The notes: generated from the sequence alone by a model not told the origin. 63,979 nt of DNA from Paraspadella gotoi (GCA_051294375.1 CM119271.1:13512284-13576262); one strand, 5' to 3'; shown: positions 13,412-28,389, numbered from the stretch's first letter. Program-made: numbers and translations.

Positions 13412-16400
13412 TATTTGCCTTTAATCGGCCATGTAAGATTTTAAAGAGTTCATTTTTTTTTGGCTTTTTTTTGTGTAAGAATTATATTATTCGTTTTATT
13501 TTTGATAGTCAACGAAAAATTGAAGGGGAAATTTAATGATATTTATAGAAAGAATTAACAAATATTTTTTTTATCTTCAAAGTTCACTTCTGAACGGTTC
13601 CTAACTTCCCATTATTGACTGTAATTTACTGAACTTCAAAGTAGACGAAGACTCATTATAGAAAAACGGATGAAACTTTAAGCTTGACACCCACGTAGAC
13701 ACAGAAAGAGAGATAGAGAGAGAGAGAGNNNNNNNNNNNNNNNNNNNNNNNNNTGATAAAGTTTTTTTTTCGCTTCCGTGATGTGACTCGACCATGGAGG
13801 CGGCTCGTGATTCGTGAATTCGTGATTTTTTTACATTGATTTAGGCGGAATGAGAAAATAATAGGCACGATGGTCCAAAAATTACCGGCGCAGATTTTCT
13901 TTAATACGGTTGATTTAACAGGGCCCAAGATTTAACCTGGGCCTACGGATTTACTGTATTAAAAACGGCCAGATTTACTGGCCTGACTTAAACGGCCAGA
14001 TTTATTACTGGCCTGAATTTAATGGCCAGAATTTACTATGGGCCGTGATTAAAGCCAAGATGAGCTGGTCCGATTTAACGGCCAGATTTACAATGTACCA
14101 AATAAATTATTAACGACTTAAAAAAAAAATAACCGGCCAGGATTTACTGGCCCTGAATTAAACAGCCAGATTTACCCCTGACTATTAACGGGCCAGATTT
14201 AACTGGACGCTCGATTAATGGCCAGATTTTACTTAACGCCAGATTTAACCGATTCTGGCAGATTAACGCCTAGATCACTGCCTGCTACGCGAACTGGCCG
14301 ACCTCGGCCTGATTTACAATGTAACCTGATTAACGGCCGATTTACTACCTGGATCGACCGTTACAGGCCTAAGATTTACTGGCCTGAATTTAACTGGCCA
14401 GATTTAAGGCGATTACTGGCCTGATTAACGGTGATCGGCTTTAGGCATTAACTGGCCTGATTTAGGCGGATTTATGCCTATACGGCCGGATTTACTGGCC
14501 TGATTTAAAACGCGGCCGGATTTAGCGACGGATTTGTTTTAAAATCGTGCCGGCGTATCTTTTCGGCGCAAACGGGGGATGGACCGGGATCGGTGGACTT
14601 GAGAGTCGGGAGCGGCTCCGTTTGATTTTTGAGTGGTTCGTCTCGATACAGTTTGAGATCCAAACCGAAGTCTGCGCTGTCGGAATCGTCGAACTAAGTC
14701 CGGGCGCTATGCGGCTGCTTACGTATTCAGGCGGATTTCTCTCCTCTCGGATCTCTCTCGTGTTTCTCCTCTCCCCGGCGCGAACGACCGAGAGACCCGA
14801 AGGATATTTGTTTTTTCTCGGCGGAGAATTTGGTTTATTTTCGCCAGCAAAAAAAAAACAAAAAAAAAAAAAATCAAAAAACAGAAGAAAGGAAAGAAAA
14901 AATCGTAGTTTTTTTTTTTCTCTAGCGAAAAGAAAATAAAAAGAAAAAGAAAAAAAAAAACAAAACAGAAAAACAAAAGGACAATTTTAGGATCCAAAAC
15001 AAGAGAAGGAATTTTTGCCGCTCGAAGTTATACTTCATTTTTGTAGAAACCTGTAAAATGTATTCGAGCGAAACAGGAGAGAAGATAAAATACGAAGATT
15101 AAGTCAATAAAGACGAATACAAGGAGACACAATACAACACTTGTATTACTAACAAAAGAAATACAACAATACACATACAAAAGACACATGACACAAAGAA
15201 ATAAAAACATCTAAACAACGATACAATAACACGGTACATGTTACAATACTTTAAAAAAACAACGAACTAGACGGACACAATAAAATACGAACGACAATAC
15301 AATGCAAAAATAACAACTAGACAAGATAAATATCCAACAGCATGTCCATAAATAAAGATAGAAAGAAAACAAGATTCCGACCCGACGGGAAAGGAAAAAC
15401 CGACAAAAAATCACACGTTTCGACGCAAAAGCGAGAACAGGAAAAAAAAAAAAGAAAAAAATTTCGGAGGAAAAAGAAGAAAAGAAAAGAAAGAACTCCG
15501 TTCCGGGGCCGTCTCAAACTGCGGGAGCCGATCCCTTACGGCGCTTGACACTTACCTCCCGCCCCCCGGAGAACGACGTGTCCGTTCCGAATATCCCGCC
15601 GGAGCTCACCAATCCCGTTGCGCGACCTAGAATGAAACGGTTGCCATGCCATCACCCTTCGCCTTTGTCGAGTGGCAGTTCCGACCTCCGAGACGTTATC
15701 TACGTTGAGTCCATTCCTCCCGCGCCGACCCTTGAGTAACGCGACGTGCGTGCCGACCGGTTGCGGTGGCCCGACTCGCGGTCGCTATGCGTGACGTCCC
15801 GAGGGACGCGAAACGACCGCATGCAAATATTTTTCGGCGCCAACGGAAGATAACTGGCGATGCCGAACGACCGTCCAGATCACAAGATACTGGATGTAAG
15901 GAAAGCGTTTCCGTTGCTGTTTCTGCCAAGCAGCGGCCAAGGCCCTCCCCCCCCCCCATTGGCGAACCTCGTCGGTCCCATGCTTCCTCTTTTTCTCGCA
16001 TAATATCTCCTTTTCTTTCGCCTCTTGTTCTCCTTCTTTCGTCTTCCTTCTCTTCCTTCCTCTTTCCCTCTTTTCTTCACTCTTTTTCACCCTCCTTCCT
16101 CTTTCCATCCTTTTCTGTCCTCTTTCTCTTCCTCTTTCCTCATCTTTTTCTTTCATCTTTCCCTACTCCCTCCACTTCCCTTCTTCTCTCTTATCACTCC
16201 TCTTCTTTTCTCTTTCCTTCTCTTTTCTCCTTTCCTCCTTTTTATCCCTCTTCCTTCTCTTTGTCCTTCCTTCTATTTCTCTTTCCTTCTCTTTTCTCTC
16301 CTTCCTCCTCTTTCCTCTTTCCTTCATCTTTTGTCCTTTCCTCCTTTATTTTTTTCTCTTCTTCTGACTAGATCCTCCTCCTTCCTTCTCCTCTCCCCTT

Positions 16401-18075
16401 CCTCTCTTTTCCCCCCCTATCTTCTTCTTCTCCTACTGCACTCTCATATTGCTCTTCCCCTTTCTATTTCCACCTCTTCCTCAGCCCTCGTCTCTACTTT
16501 TCTGAATCTCCTCCTCATTCCTCGCCCTCGTCCTCCTCCTCTAACTTCCTCTTCCTTTTCCCTCTTAACTCTCGACCTTACCTCGTCTTTCTTCCTCTTC
16601 CTCCTCCCATTCCTCATCTTCCTTCGTTTTCTCCTCTCCCCTCTATAGCTCCACTGTCTACTTCTCTTCCTTTTCCCTCCTCTTTCCTCTTTCATTCCTC
16701 CCCATTCTCCTTACCTATCTCTTCTTCCTTCTCTTCCTCCTTCCTCCTCTGCTCCTCCTCTCTCTCTTTTGTTTTTCTCCGCCCGGGACCCAATGACGTT
16801 CAGTTCGTCCTGATTTTTTTTTTCTTTTTCTTATATTTTTTATTTGGTTTATTTTTATTTAAGATATTTTTCTTTATTCTTTTCCCTTTTTTTATTATAT
16901 AAAAGGCAAAGTTGAGGAAAGAAGAAAAATCTTTTGTTTCTCACTATTTTTAAAATCTTTTTTGTTTCCTTTTCTTTTTGTTTGTTTTGTTTATTTGTTT
17001 TTTGACAGAATTTATCGTACGGCTTTTGAAAATACTCGGGTCGAATCATCCGCTTCCAGACTTTTGTCCTTCGTTCTTTCTGTTTCCGTTGCGTCCGTCT
17101 CATCCACGTGTCCGTCTGTCCCGTATCGTTTTGCCGTCCGATGTTTTTTTATCATTTACCTCATCCCCATCCCAATTTCTATCTCCTCACATTTCGCAAC
17201 CAACCGGACCCCCACTATCTCCCACATCCAACCCAGCCCCATTACCCACCCCACAGACCCACCTCCAACCCCTCCCCAGACCCAGGTCCCACATACTACC
17301 ACCACATACTCCACACTCACCCCGACGTACCCCAGACCCCCTACCCCACCACCCCCAGTCCCCAACCCGCAACCGCTCACCCTTCATATTCACAATAAAC
17401 GATTATAGATAAAGATGCATATAAGTTTCAACTATATTTTAGAACATTAAGAACAAACAAAAGCAAAAAAAATGCGAAAAATAACCAAAATAACACATCA
17501 CGATTACAAACAAAAAGTTAATAAAAACAGGCGCGTTTTTCCGATACACACACAAAAAAAAAACCATCAAGTTTGACATAAGCTGACGCGAAAAACGGAA
17601 AACCGACGGGAAAAAAAAAAACTTTCAACGTCAACAATGCGACGGAAAATAAAAGACTGGAAAATTTGTGAAATGAGAAAAGAATCGAAAATAGTGGGAA
17701 TTTTATCTTGGTTTCTCTTGCCTAAAGCCTGTTGACTGACGCCGTTCATATAGCATTTAATGTTAAGAAAAGTCTATGTAAATTTATGTATAATTGTGTT
17801 TGTGTATTACTCGTCTAAAATGGACAAGTAACAGTATTGTACGCACGAATGTAAATCTGTGTTGGTGATTGGTCGAAAATTATTGTCCTTATCTTGTCTA
17901 TTATCCTGTCGTCATCGCGCGTCGTCGTCGTCGTCGTCGTCGCGTCCCAGTTTCCGCCGACCCTCAATTCGAGTCGGCGACTCACCTTTTTCACGAACCG
18001 TCACCTTGGAGCGAAGGGAAGATTAGGAAAGAGGAGGAGGAGGAAAAGAAGGATCGGATTAAGATGTGAGAGAGG

Positions 18076-18147
<72 letters not shown>

Positions 18148-20164
18148 GGCGGGAGATAAGAGAAAGAAAGAGAGTGTGAACGAGATAAAAGAATAACAGG
18201 AAAAGTGACGAGCGAAGAAGACGACGACGACAAATGATGATGACGGACGACAAACGATAGACGACGACGACCACGAACGACGACGATAAACAAATGATGA
18301 CGACGAACAAACGATGACGGACGACGACGACGACGACGACGGATCAAAACAAAAAAACATCTGAGAAAACGGAAGGAAATTAAATTTGTTGTTGTTTGTT
18401 GTTGTTTTTTTGTTTTTGATGATGTCCTCGTGACCGATCCGACATTTTTTTTTGAGGGAGGAATGTCCGAGTACGTTTGTTTTGTTCTTTCTCTCCCATC
18501 TCTTCTCTCTCTTCTCTCTGTCTAACTTTATGATTTAATTTAAGTATTTTTTTCTCTTTAAAATGAATTTGCGTTTTGAACCGATCAGAAGAAATAGGGT
18601 GTATTTTTCTTTTTCCCCTGATATGGCCGGGTTTAACCTGTCTAGACGTTGCCAGGACTTCGCAAAAGTCTTGTCAAAGAAAATACTGTAAGCATTTGAT
18701 GCGTGTATAACGCAATCGTTTATGAAATTGTTAATTGGTTTATGTTGTGTTTTATGGAGAAAGGAAAGGAATTAATTTCTCACACTGCTTTTACGTATAA
18801 AAAAAAACGAATGAAGTTATTTTTCAATTAAAAACCAAAAAAAAATGTATTATATAGACGAATTTTAATTTTAAGGGCACTTCGGGCTAAATAGATAAAT
18901 CCAGTGTAGTTTTTATTCTTTTAATCGAAATAAAATTAAACGAGTGCGAATGATTCGTCGATTCCGGATCGTACTGCAATATGGTATGAGATTAATTCTT
19001 CGTTCGTATAACAAAACAAAAAGAATCACTGGGTAATGAAACTGAATAAGAGAGATTACACAGATCATCTAAATATCTACATTGGGGGGAATTTAATATT
19101 TATTCTCCATCCATTTAGATCACCCGAGATCGCCTCTAGATCACATCTAGTTCATACAGATGCATTTGAAATTACCCTAGATCACCATCTTTATCTCACC
19201 TCAGCAAAATCCACTTCACCAGTTCACACAACGTGAATTCGACGCGCCGCAGCCCAACTTTTTTTTTAAACCGAGAAAAAATATTTAAACAAAAGATCAA
19301 GAAAATTGACATTTTTATGTGAAATTTACTTTTTTTTTATCTTTCCTTAAAAATTAAAAAAAAAAAATAGAAAGATCATTTTTTAAAAATTACTTACACG
19401 TACAGAATCAACGCAAAAGTTCCTAACAAAAAGATTGTAGACTTATAATATTAAATGCCAAATTAAATATAAAATTTCAATAAAAATAAATTCTTTTTTA
19501 CTTTCCAAACGTCATTAATTTTCCGTGGTATTTTCGATATATTCTTTTAACCTCGGGCTTTTTTAACCATTGATTTTTTCTCTTTGTTTAAAGTTAACCG
19601 AAAAAAAAAGACAAAACAGATATTTTCATTTCAGAATTTTATTTATAATAATTTTTGGCCTTATTTTTTCCCATAAGGCCCCATCTCATCTTAAAAAGAT
19701 TCGAACATTAATTACCAATTTTTAACCTTTAAAAATTAGGTTAGGAGGTTAGGGAAATAAGGTTAGGTGATCAGCGTGAAGGGGTTATTGGTTTCGGGAT
19801 ATGTGGCGAGCGGTGAATGGCTGTGCGGGTGGATGGTGAGCGGTGAGTGGGTGCCCGGAGAAGTGGCCGTGTCTCAAATCGAATTTTTTTTCTTACTTTC
19901 GTCATCAAAAAAAATCGGATGCGAGGAGACGAAATCAAAAAAAATAAACTCGTCGAAAATTGAATATTTGAACTTTATTATTAAACAAATCTCACTGTTA
20001 TAATATCAAACTTTATAATGTCGTTTTATATTCTAATTACGAATTCAAAGGTTGATTCAGTACATACTAGGAGCAATCAAAAAAAGCTAAGTCTAATAAC
20101 AAAACAAAGTTAAAGATTGCGCTGAAAACCACCACCACACGACACACAAAGGTCCAAATTATCA

Positions 20165-21410
20165 ATTAATATACTTTCAATCATTAAAGAATGCAGATTT
20201 GTTATTTTTTTGAGAACTCAAATTTTTTCGAACTAATAGATCTTGGAAAATAAGTTCTTTTTTACGCCCTGGTTATAAACATGGTAATAATATCACAGTA
20301 ACCAAATAAAGTCCGAAGCTCTCTATATGCTTTCCCATCGGTTTGAAACTCGAATATTTTTTCTGATACCATCGATTTAAATAGCAAACAATTAAATATC
20401 TTGTTCAATGTCTCTAGCCAAAAAGTTTTTACCTCTCACAGCCAATATAGTAAGTATAGGGCAGCAATTTGTAAATAACAACAATTTCATTAGAACTCTC
20501 TTCAGATGGTTTATACAACAAGCATTAAATTAAACAATTACTGAGATCGATAGGAAAGATGAGAGTTCTTTGCTGCTAGGTTCAAATAAGGACCCCTTGT
20601 CGCTACTCGGAGGTTAAAGGCGCAAGATAAGTCCATTTATTTAACGAGTTCTCATAGGGTTAACTGTTAAGAGCAAAGAACCATCTTTATCTAACATCTG
20701 TGTAAGGTGATTTTCTCAAAATACATTCCTTTTGTTTTTTTTAAAATACCTAAAAAGTAAAACAAAACTGCTCTGAATACTGAGCCACTAGATATTTATT
20801 AGAGTTTGCAATTACCTGCTATTTGTTGGTGACAAAAGCGCAATGTCGGCCAGCATAAAAAATGCCTTGCTAAGAATAAGTTTCCTATATGACAACCCCA
20901 AAACTCAGAATATTTTAATCTTGTTATTAAGGTCATTTACCATACAAAGCCCAGAAATATAGGGCTTAAGACACCACCTGCCGTACACCTGAGACATATA
21001 AAGCAATCACTGATAATCTCCTTTCCGGATCCTACTAGTTAGGTTATATAACCAGTAAAAACCAATTAATTTAAAAAACATTGGTCAGATCTTTATTATT
21101 AAGTTTTGTAAAAGACAATAATGATTGACCATTATCAAACCCTTGCCTGAGCAATCCATAAAGTTGCGAAAAGCCAAGAGCCATAGAGTATAATTATAAT
21201 TTATACAAAGATCCTATACATTAACATAAGCGTGAGAAGTTGAGTGACATTTCTTAATAATCCAATTGTAAATCGTACAGAAAAAAGATAATGGCCGAAT
21301 TTCAATAAAAAGGGCAGTGTTCAAATAAATTGCACTAAAAATCGAAGTAAGAGGTTATTCCTCTATAATTAGAAAACAGAACTTAAGTCACACGCTTAAG
21401 TCCCCGCACC
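20165..21410 (-). mobile_element. Mirror (reverse-complement) copy of the same non-LTR RT fragment in the left arm of the large palindrome, heavily indel-damaged
   Basis: 20821-20903 is the reverse complement of the GCHIGNLFLASIFYADDIALLSPT-coding segment (23895-23975); 21381-21410 mirrors 23403-23431. Confidence 0.88.
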
Positions 21411-22364
21411 TTTTAAAATATCACCTTTATATAACCCCCACATCTCATCTAAAATCATTTCCACGTCTAATTAAATACAAACAACGACCTAGGAGCGACC
21501 CCGTCCCGTTTTTTCCTATCCAGTTTCACGAGACTGATTCACCGAAAGGCAGTCATTCGTTATTCGTGGATTCACAAAGGCCGCGAATCGTCTGCGGCTC
21601 GACAGTAAGCTTGAAACGGAATCACAGCAGCGACGAACCCGATCTTACGCCTCTGCGTGAGACGCGATGCGTGATACCGCCGTGTCAGTGAGAAGAATGC
21701 GCCGTAACGTTTGACCTGACGTAGCGCGTGACGCATGCGCGACGGTTTGACTTCCTCGAACCAACAGCGGAAGCGGGGGCCGAGCGTCATGCCAAACGGG
21801 AGAGAGAGAGAAAAAAATGGAAAATTTAATTGTGTTGCCGCCGCATTAGGCTTAGCACATACTTATTTTACATTTCATATTGTATATTTTTGATTTTGTA
21901 TATTGAAGTGGCGTTTTCAAGTGATTCAGGTTTACCCAATACCAGATATGAAAACATACAAACTATAAGCGTCTCATGACAAATTTAAAACACACTATCT
22001 AATACAGAGTAACTAAAATTATCTAGGATTACCGCCTCGCTTTTTAATAAAAAAGACAGACAGTGACAGAAAGTCCTACCGATCCAGAAACGACAGACTT
22101 GAAATGTTTACTTTATTTTGCGGGTTTCTTCGCTGAGTTGGTTGCGAGCACTCGCGACCGCCATAAAAAACGACAGAAATGAAAAGAAAGAAATCAAAAT
22201 GGGGAGAAAAAAAATTAGAAAAAATTCTGAAAAATTTAAAAGTTTTGTAAAAAAAATAATTTTTCCTTATAAAGTCAGTCTTACGTCGTAATCTCCCCGT
22301 TTTTGCGTCGAGAAGATAGGCAGGCTTATGTGAGGCAGAGAGAGAGAGAGAGAGAAGAGAGAGA

Positions 22365-22417
<53 letters not shown>

Positions 22418-22513
22418 ATGGTGTTATCGACGCACAAAGGATGCCTTGTCAATAGAGTATTCGGCGGCTTTGCGATCAGCTATGCAGTTTTTAGCTCTCT
22501 TCGCTCTCTCGCA

Positions 22514-22582
<69 letters not shown>

Positions 22583-22729
22583 CTCTCTCTCTCCGACGCA
22601 AAACGGGGGATTACGACGTAAGACTGACTTTATAAGAAAAAATATTTTTTTTACAAAAACTTTTAAATTTTTTTCCAGATTTTTCTAATTTTTTTTCTCC
22701 CCATTTTGATTCTTTCTTTCATTTCTGGT

Positions 22730-23049
22730 TTTTATGGCGTCGCGAGTGCTCGCAACCACTCGCGAAGAAACGCAATAAGTAACATTTCAGTCGGTCGGTC
22801 GATCGGTAGGACTTTCTGTCTGTCTGTCTTATATTTTAAAAGCGGTAATCCTAGATAATTTTAGTTACTGCTTATTAGAATGGTTAAATTTGTCATGAGA
22901 CGCTTATAGTTTGTATGTTTCATACTGGTATGGTAACCTGAATCACTTGAAACGCCACTTCAATATACAAAATCAAATATACAATATGAAATGTAAAATA
23001 AGTATGCTAAGCCTAATGCGGCGCAACACAATAAATTTTCCATTTTTTT
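22730..23049 (+). mobile_element. HINE-like element copy (mirrored at ~21812-22170, minus strand)
   Basis: GCGTCGCGAGTGCTCGCAAC 5' motif, GTCG/GTCT microsatellite, 3' GCGGCGCAACACAATAAATTTTCCATTTTTTT. Confidence 0.55.
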
Positions 23050-23419
23050 CTCTCTCTCTCCCGTTTGGCATGACGCCGGCGCTCCGCGTTGTTCGAGAAG
23101 TCAAACCGTCGCAGCGTCACGCGCTACGCGTCAAACGTTACGCGCATCTTCTCACTGACACGCGTATCACGCATCGCGTCTCACGCAGAGCGAAGATCGG
23201 GTCGTCGCGCTGTGATTCCGTTTCAAGCTTCGTCGAGCCGCAGACGATTCGCGGCCTTTGTGAATCCACGAATAACGAATGACTGCCTTTCGGTGAATCA
23301 GTTCGTGAAACTGGGAACGAGGGGTCGCTAGGTCGTTGTTTGATTAATTAGACGTGAAGATTAGATGAGATGTGGGGGTTATATAAAGCGTGATATTTTA
23401 AAAGTGCGGTGACTTAAGC

Positions 23420-24560
23420 GGTGACTTAAGTTCTGTTTCTAATTATAGAGGAATAACTCTTTCTTCGATTTTTAGTCAATTATTTGAACACTGCCTTTTA
23501 TTGAAATTCGGCCATTATCTTTTTTCTGACGATTTACAATTTGGATATAAGAAATGTCACTCAACTTCTCACGCTATGTTAACGTTAAGGACTTGTATAA
23601 ATTATTTTAATACTCATGGCTCTGGCGTTTTCGCAACATTTATGGATTGCAGCAAGGGTTTGATAAGGTCAATCATTATGGTCTTTTACAAAACTCATAG
23701 ATAGATCTGTACCACTCTGTTTTATAAAATTAATTGTTTACTGGTATAGTAACCTAACTAGTAGGAGTCGCTGGAAAGGGAGATATCAGTGATGCTTTCA
23801 TAGTGTCGTCAGGTGTACGGCAGGGTGGTGTCTTAAGCCCTTATTTCTGGGCTTTGTATGTAAATGACTTAATAACAAGATTAAAATATTCTGGTTTTGG
23901 GTTGTCATATAGGAAACTTATTCTTAGCAAGCATTTTTTATGCTGACGACATTGCGCTTTTGTCACCAACAATAGCAGGTATGCAAACTCTAATAAATAT
24001 CTGTGCTCAGTATTCAGAGCAGTTTTGTTTTACTTTTAGTTTTAAAAAAACAAAAGTAATGTATTTTGGAAAAACCTTACACAGATGTTGATAAAGATGT
24101 TCTTTCTCTTAACAGTAACCCTATAGAACTCGTTAATAAATGGACTTATCTTGGCTTTAACCTGAAGTAGCGACAAGGGGTCCTTATTTGAACCTAGCAA
24201 AGAACTCTCATCTTTCTATCGATCTAAGTAATTGTTTAATTAATGCTTTGTATAAACCATCTGAAGAAGTTCTAATGAAATTGTTTTATACAAATTGTGT
24301 CCCTATACTACTATATGGCTGTGAGGGTAAAAACTTTTTTGGCTAGAGACATTGAACAGAATTAATGTTGCTATTAATGATGGTATCAGAAAAAATATTC
24401 GGATTCAACCGATGGGAAGCATTAGAGAGCTTCGGACTTTATTTGGTTTACTGTGATATTATTACCATGTTTAACCAGCGTAAAAAAGAACTTTATTTCC
24501 AAGATCTATAGTTCGAAAAAATTTAGTTCTCAAAAAAATAAATCGCATTCTTTAATGATT
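23420..24560 (+). mobile_element. 5'-truncated, frameshifted non-LTR retrotransposon ORF2 (reverse transcriptase plus C-terminal region), RTE-X-like
   Basis: Manual translation across frameshifts gives RT motifs in order: GDLSSVSNYRGITLSSIFSQLFEHCLL (23420), QFGYKKCHSTSHA, FMDCSKG, GVRQGGVLSPYFWALYVNDL (23812), GCHIGNLFLASIFYADDIALLSP (catalytic YADD), KKTKVMYF, PILLYGCE (~24300), IFGFNRW. No endonuclease domain or ORF1 upstream. Clade assignment is from motif resemblance only. Confidence 0.92.
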
Positions 24561-26407
24561 GAAATATATTAATTGATAATTTGGACCTTTGTTGTCTGTG
24601 GTGGTGGTTTTCACGCAATCTTTAACTTTGTTTTGTTTTAGACTTAGCTTTTTTGATGCTCCTGTATGTACTGAATCAACCTTGTTGAATTCGAAATAAA
24701 ACGCATTATAAAGTTTGATATTATAAAGTGAGATTTATAATAAAGTTCAAATATTCAATTTTTCGACGAGTTTATTTTTTTGATTTCGTCTCCTCGATCG
24801 ATTTTTTGATGACGAAAGTAGAAATTCGATTTGAGACACGCCCACTTCCGGGCACCACTCACCGCTCACCATCCACCGCACGCCATTCACCGCTCGCCAC
24901 ATATCCCGAAACCATAACCCTTACGCTGATCACTAACCTTATTCCCTAACCTCCTAACCTAATTTTTAAAAGTAAAAATTGGTAACTTAATTTCGAATTT
25001 AAGATGAGATGGGGCCTTATGGGAAAATAAGGCCAAAAATTTATTATAAATAAATTCTGAAATGAAAATATCTGTTTGTTTTTTTTTCGTTTAACTTTAA
25101 ACAAAGAGAAAAAATCAATGTTAAAAAAGCCCGAGGTTAAATGAATATATCGAAATACCACGGAAAATTAATGACGTTTGGAAAGTAAAAAGAATTTATT
25201 TTATTGAAATTTTATATTTATTTGGCATTTAATATTATAAGTCTACAATCTTTTTTGTTAGACTTTCGTGATTCGTGTGTAAGTAATTTTTAAAAAATGA
25301 TCTTCTATTTTTTTTAATTTAAGGAAAGATAAAAAAAAGTAATTTTCACATAAAAAGTCAATTTTCTTGATCTTTGTTTAAATATTTTTTCTCGGTTAAA
25401 AAAAAAGTTGGCTGCGGGCGTCGAATTCACGTTGTGAACGGTGAAGTGATTTTGTGAGGTGAGATAAAGAGGTGATCTAGGTAATTCAAATGATCTGTAT
25501 GAACTAGATGTGATCTAGAGGCGATCTCGGTGATCTAAATGATGGAGATAAACTTATCAATGTAGATGATTTAGATGATCTGTAATCTCTCTTATTCAGT
25601 TTCGATTCCCAGTGATTTCTCTTTGTTTTATAACGAAGATTAATCTCATTACCATATTGCAGTACGTCCGGGATTCGACGAATCATCGCACCGTTTAATT
25701 TTATTTCGATTAAAAGAATAAAACTAATGATTATCTATTTTACCGAGTGCCCTTAAAATAAAAATTCGTCTTATAATACATTTTTTTTGGTTTTAATGAA
25801 AAATAACTTCATTCGTTTTTTTATACGTAAAGCAGGTGAGAAATTAATTCCTTCCTTTCTCCATAAAAACAACATAAACAATTAACAATCATAAACATGC
25901 GTATTACACGCATCAAATGTACAGTATTTTCTTTGACAAGACTTTGCGAAGTCCTGGCAACGTAGACAGTAAACCGGCCATATCAGGGAAAAAGAAAAAT
26001 ACACCTATTTCTTCTGATCGGTCAAACGCAATTACATTTTAAAAGAAAAATACTTAAATTAAATTCATAAAAGTTAGACAGAGAGAGAGAGAGAGAGAGA
26101 TGGAGAGAAAGAGACAAACAAACGTCTCGGACATTCCTCCCTCAAAAATGTCGGATTCGGTCGAGGACATTCAAAACAAAAAACAACAACAACAACAACA
26201 AATTTAATTCCTTCGTTTCTCAGATTTTGTTTTGACGTCGTCGTCGTCGTCGTCGTCGTCATCGTTTGTTCGTCGTCATCATTTGTTTATCGTCGTCGTC
26301 GTCGTCGTCGTCGTCATCGTTTGTCGTCGTCATCATCATTTGTCGTCGTCGTCTTCTTCGTCGTCACTTTTCCTGTTATTCTTTATCTCGTTCACACTCT
26401 CTCTTCT

Positions 26408-26476
<69 letters not shown>

Positions 26477-27124
26477 TCTCACATCTAATCCGATCCTTCT
26501 TTTCCTCCTCCTCCTCCTCTTCCTAATCTTCCCTCGCTCCAAGGTGAGGTTCGTGAAAAGGTGAGTCGCCGCTCGAATTGAGGGTCGGCGGAAACTGGGA
26601 CGCGACGACGACGACGACGACGACGATGACGACGAGGATAATAGACAAGATAAGGACAATAATTTTCACCAATCACCACACAGTTTACATTCGTGCGTAC
26701 AATCTTTACTTGTCCATTTAGACGATAATAACAAACACAATTATACATAATTTACAGGGACTTTCTTAAATTAAATGCTAATGAACGTCGTCAGTCAACA
26801 GGCTTTAGGAAGAGAAACCAAGATAAAATTCCCACTATTTTCGATTCTTTTCTCATTTCACAAATTTTCAGTCTTTTTTTTTTCCGTCGATTGTTGACGT
26901 TGAAAGTTTTTTTTTCCCGTCGGTTTCCGTTTTTCGCGTCAGCTTATGTCAAACTTTGATGGTTTTTTTTTTGTGTGTGTATCGGAAAACGTTTTTTATT
27001 AACTTTTTTGTTGTGTGTGTTATTTTTGTTATTTTTCGCATTTTTTTGCTTGTTTTTTTGTTCTAAATATAGTAAACTGTATATGCATCTTTATCTATAT
27101 CGTTTATTGAATATGAAGGTGAGG

Positions 27125-27290
27125 CGGTTGGGGTTGGGACTGGGGGTGGGTTGGGGTAGGGGTTGGGGTGGGGACTGGGGGTGGGTTGGGGTAGGGGTTG
27201 GAGTGGGACTGGGGTGGGTTGGGGTAGGGGTTGGAGTGGGGACTGGGGGTGGGTTGGATGTGAGGAGATTAGATGTGGGATGGGGATTGA
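27125..27290 (+). repeat. G-rich ~33-bp tandem repeat with G-quadruplex potential (mirrored at ~17165-17380)
   Basis: gggactggggtgggttggggtaggggttggagt x3, with many G3+ runs. Confidence 0.8.
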
Positions 27291-27649
27291 GGTAATGATA
27301 AACAAAACATCGACGGAAACGTACGGACAGACGGACACGGATGAGACGGACGCAACGGACAAAGGAACGAAGGACAAAAGTCTGGAAGCGGATTCGACCC
27401 GATATTTCAAAGCCGACGATTAAATTCTGTCAAAACAAATAAACAAACAAACAAAAAGAAAAGAAAAAGATTAAAAATAGTGAGAAAACAAAAGATTTTC
27501 TTCTTTCTCAACTTTGCTTTATTAATAAAAAAAGGAAAAGAATAAAGAAAATATTCTTAAATAAAAATAAACCAAATAAAAAATAAGAAAAAGAAAAAAA
27601 AAATCAGAGACGAACTGACGTCATTGGGTCCCGGGCGGAGAAAACAAAA

Positions 27650-28365
27650 GGAGAGAGGAGGAAGAGGAGGAGGAGGAAGGGAGGAAGAAGAAGATAGGGA
27701 TAAAGGGAGAAGGGGGAGGAATGAAAGAGGAAAGAGGAGGGAGAAAGGAAAGAAGTAGACAGTGGAGTATGAGGAGAAAACGAAGGAGATGAGTGGGAGG
27801 AGGAAGAGGAAGAAAGACGAGGAAGGTCGAGGAGTAAGAGAGGAAAAGGAAGAGGAAGTAGAGGAGGAGGACGAGGGGCGGAGGAAGAGGAGGAGGATTC
27901 AGAAAGTAGAGGACGAGGGGCTGAGGAAGAGGTGGAAGAAAGGGGAAGAGCAAGATGAGAGTGCAGTAGGAGAAGAAGAAGAAGGGGGAAAAGGAGGAAG
28001 GGGGAGGAGGAAGAGAAGGAGGAGGATCAGAAAGAAGAAAAAAATAAAAGGAGGAAAGGACAAAAGAGAAGGAAAGAGGAAAGAGGAGGAAGGGAGAAAA
28101 GAGAAGGAAAGAGAAATAAGAAGGAAGGGACAAAAGAGAAGGAAAGAGGAAAAAGGAGGAAAGGAGAAAAGAGAAGGAAAGAGAAAAAAGAAGGAAGGGA
28201 GAAAAGAGAAGGAAGAGAGAAAAAGAAGGAAGGGAGAAAAGAGAAGAAAAGAGGAAAGAGAAGGAAGGGAGAAAAGAGAAGAAAAGAGGGAAAAGGAGGA
28301 AGGGAGAAAAGAGAAGGAAAGACGAAAAGAAGGAAGGGAGAAAAGAGAAGGGCGAAAGAAAAGGA
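27650..28365 (+). repeat. Purine-rich low-complexity tract (mirrored as a pyrimidine tract at 16000-16770)
   Basis: Almost exclusively A/G, with repeated aaggaagggagaaaagag. Confidence 0.85.
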
Positions 28366-28389
28366 GATATTATCGAGAAAAAGAGGAAG

